DNA from: a virus
Taxonomy: Duplodnaviria; Caudoviricetes
Direction: 5' to 3' (one strand)
Virus record (IMG/VR): IMGVR_UViG_3300014656_000084
Coordinates: 1 to 33,598 of that record
DNA length: 33,598 nucleotides
Part shown: positions 33,593-33,598 of the stretch, one piece after another
Numbering within the stretch: position 1 is the first letter of the stretch
Layout: every line of letters begins with the position of its first letter
Made by a program: the position numbers and the translations under genes
The notes under the pieces: generated by a model
Databases searched by the model: none
Told to the model about the DNA's origin: nothing
Seen by the model: the letters and a program-made list of their open reading frames with translations, nothing else

Positions 33593-33598
33593 AATATG
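33476..33598. repeat. Terminal direct repeat (123 bp), identical to 1-123
   Basis: Exact identity with the contig start. Confidence 0.97.

Noticed and set aside
1-33598. Stop-codon reassignment, tRNA genes, introns or inteins
   Set aside because: Core genes are full length in the standard code, all three stops are used, and no cloverleaf or splicing motifs were seen by eye.

Overview
This window is a complete, circularly assembled genome of a small tailed dsDNA bacteriophage (33,475 bp unique; bases 1-123 are repeated exactly at 33476-33598). It has an HK97-type head and a siphovirus-like tail, and all credible genes lie on the + strand. Gene order: early promoter (30518), HTH and small early genes, hexapeptide-repeat gene, ERF annealing protein, two ASCH-like paralogs, a short C5 methyltransferase, a replication module (RHH regulator, DnaB-N-like protein, AAA_25 helicase, iteron origin), RusA, a late promoter with a proximal terminator, terS, terL, a 3.7 kb insert (beta-rich and LamG proteins, Cys-rich protein, 20-aa repeat peptide, radical SAM enzyme), portal-MuF fusion, protease, capsid, head-tail genes, two tail tubes, a frameshifted chaperone, a short tape measure, one tail-tip gene, a holin-like gene and a terminator. 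I found no integrase, polymerase, primase, endolysin, tRNA or CRISPR array. The most notable signal is that about ten genes are each bracketed by their own short direct repeat (9-21 bp, some diverged at codon level) at gene-end/RBS/start junctions. In the best cases, removing the bracketed segment restores a clean junction, suggesting recurrent single-gene cassette insertion. The second is a translationally coupled Cys-rich protein / (GA)YLL-repeat peptide / radical SAM cassette resembling a minimal RiPP locus. All product calls come from motif recognition by eye, not database searches.
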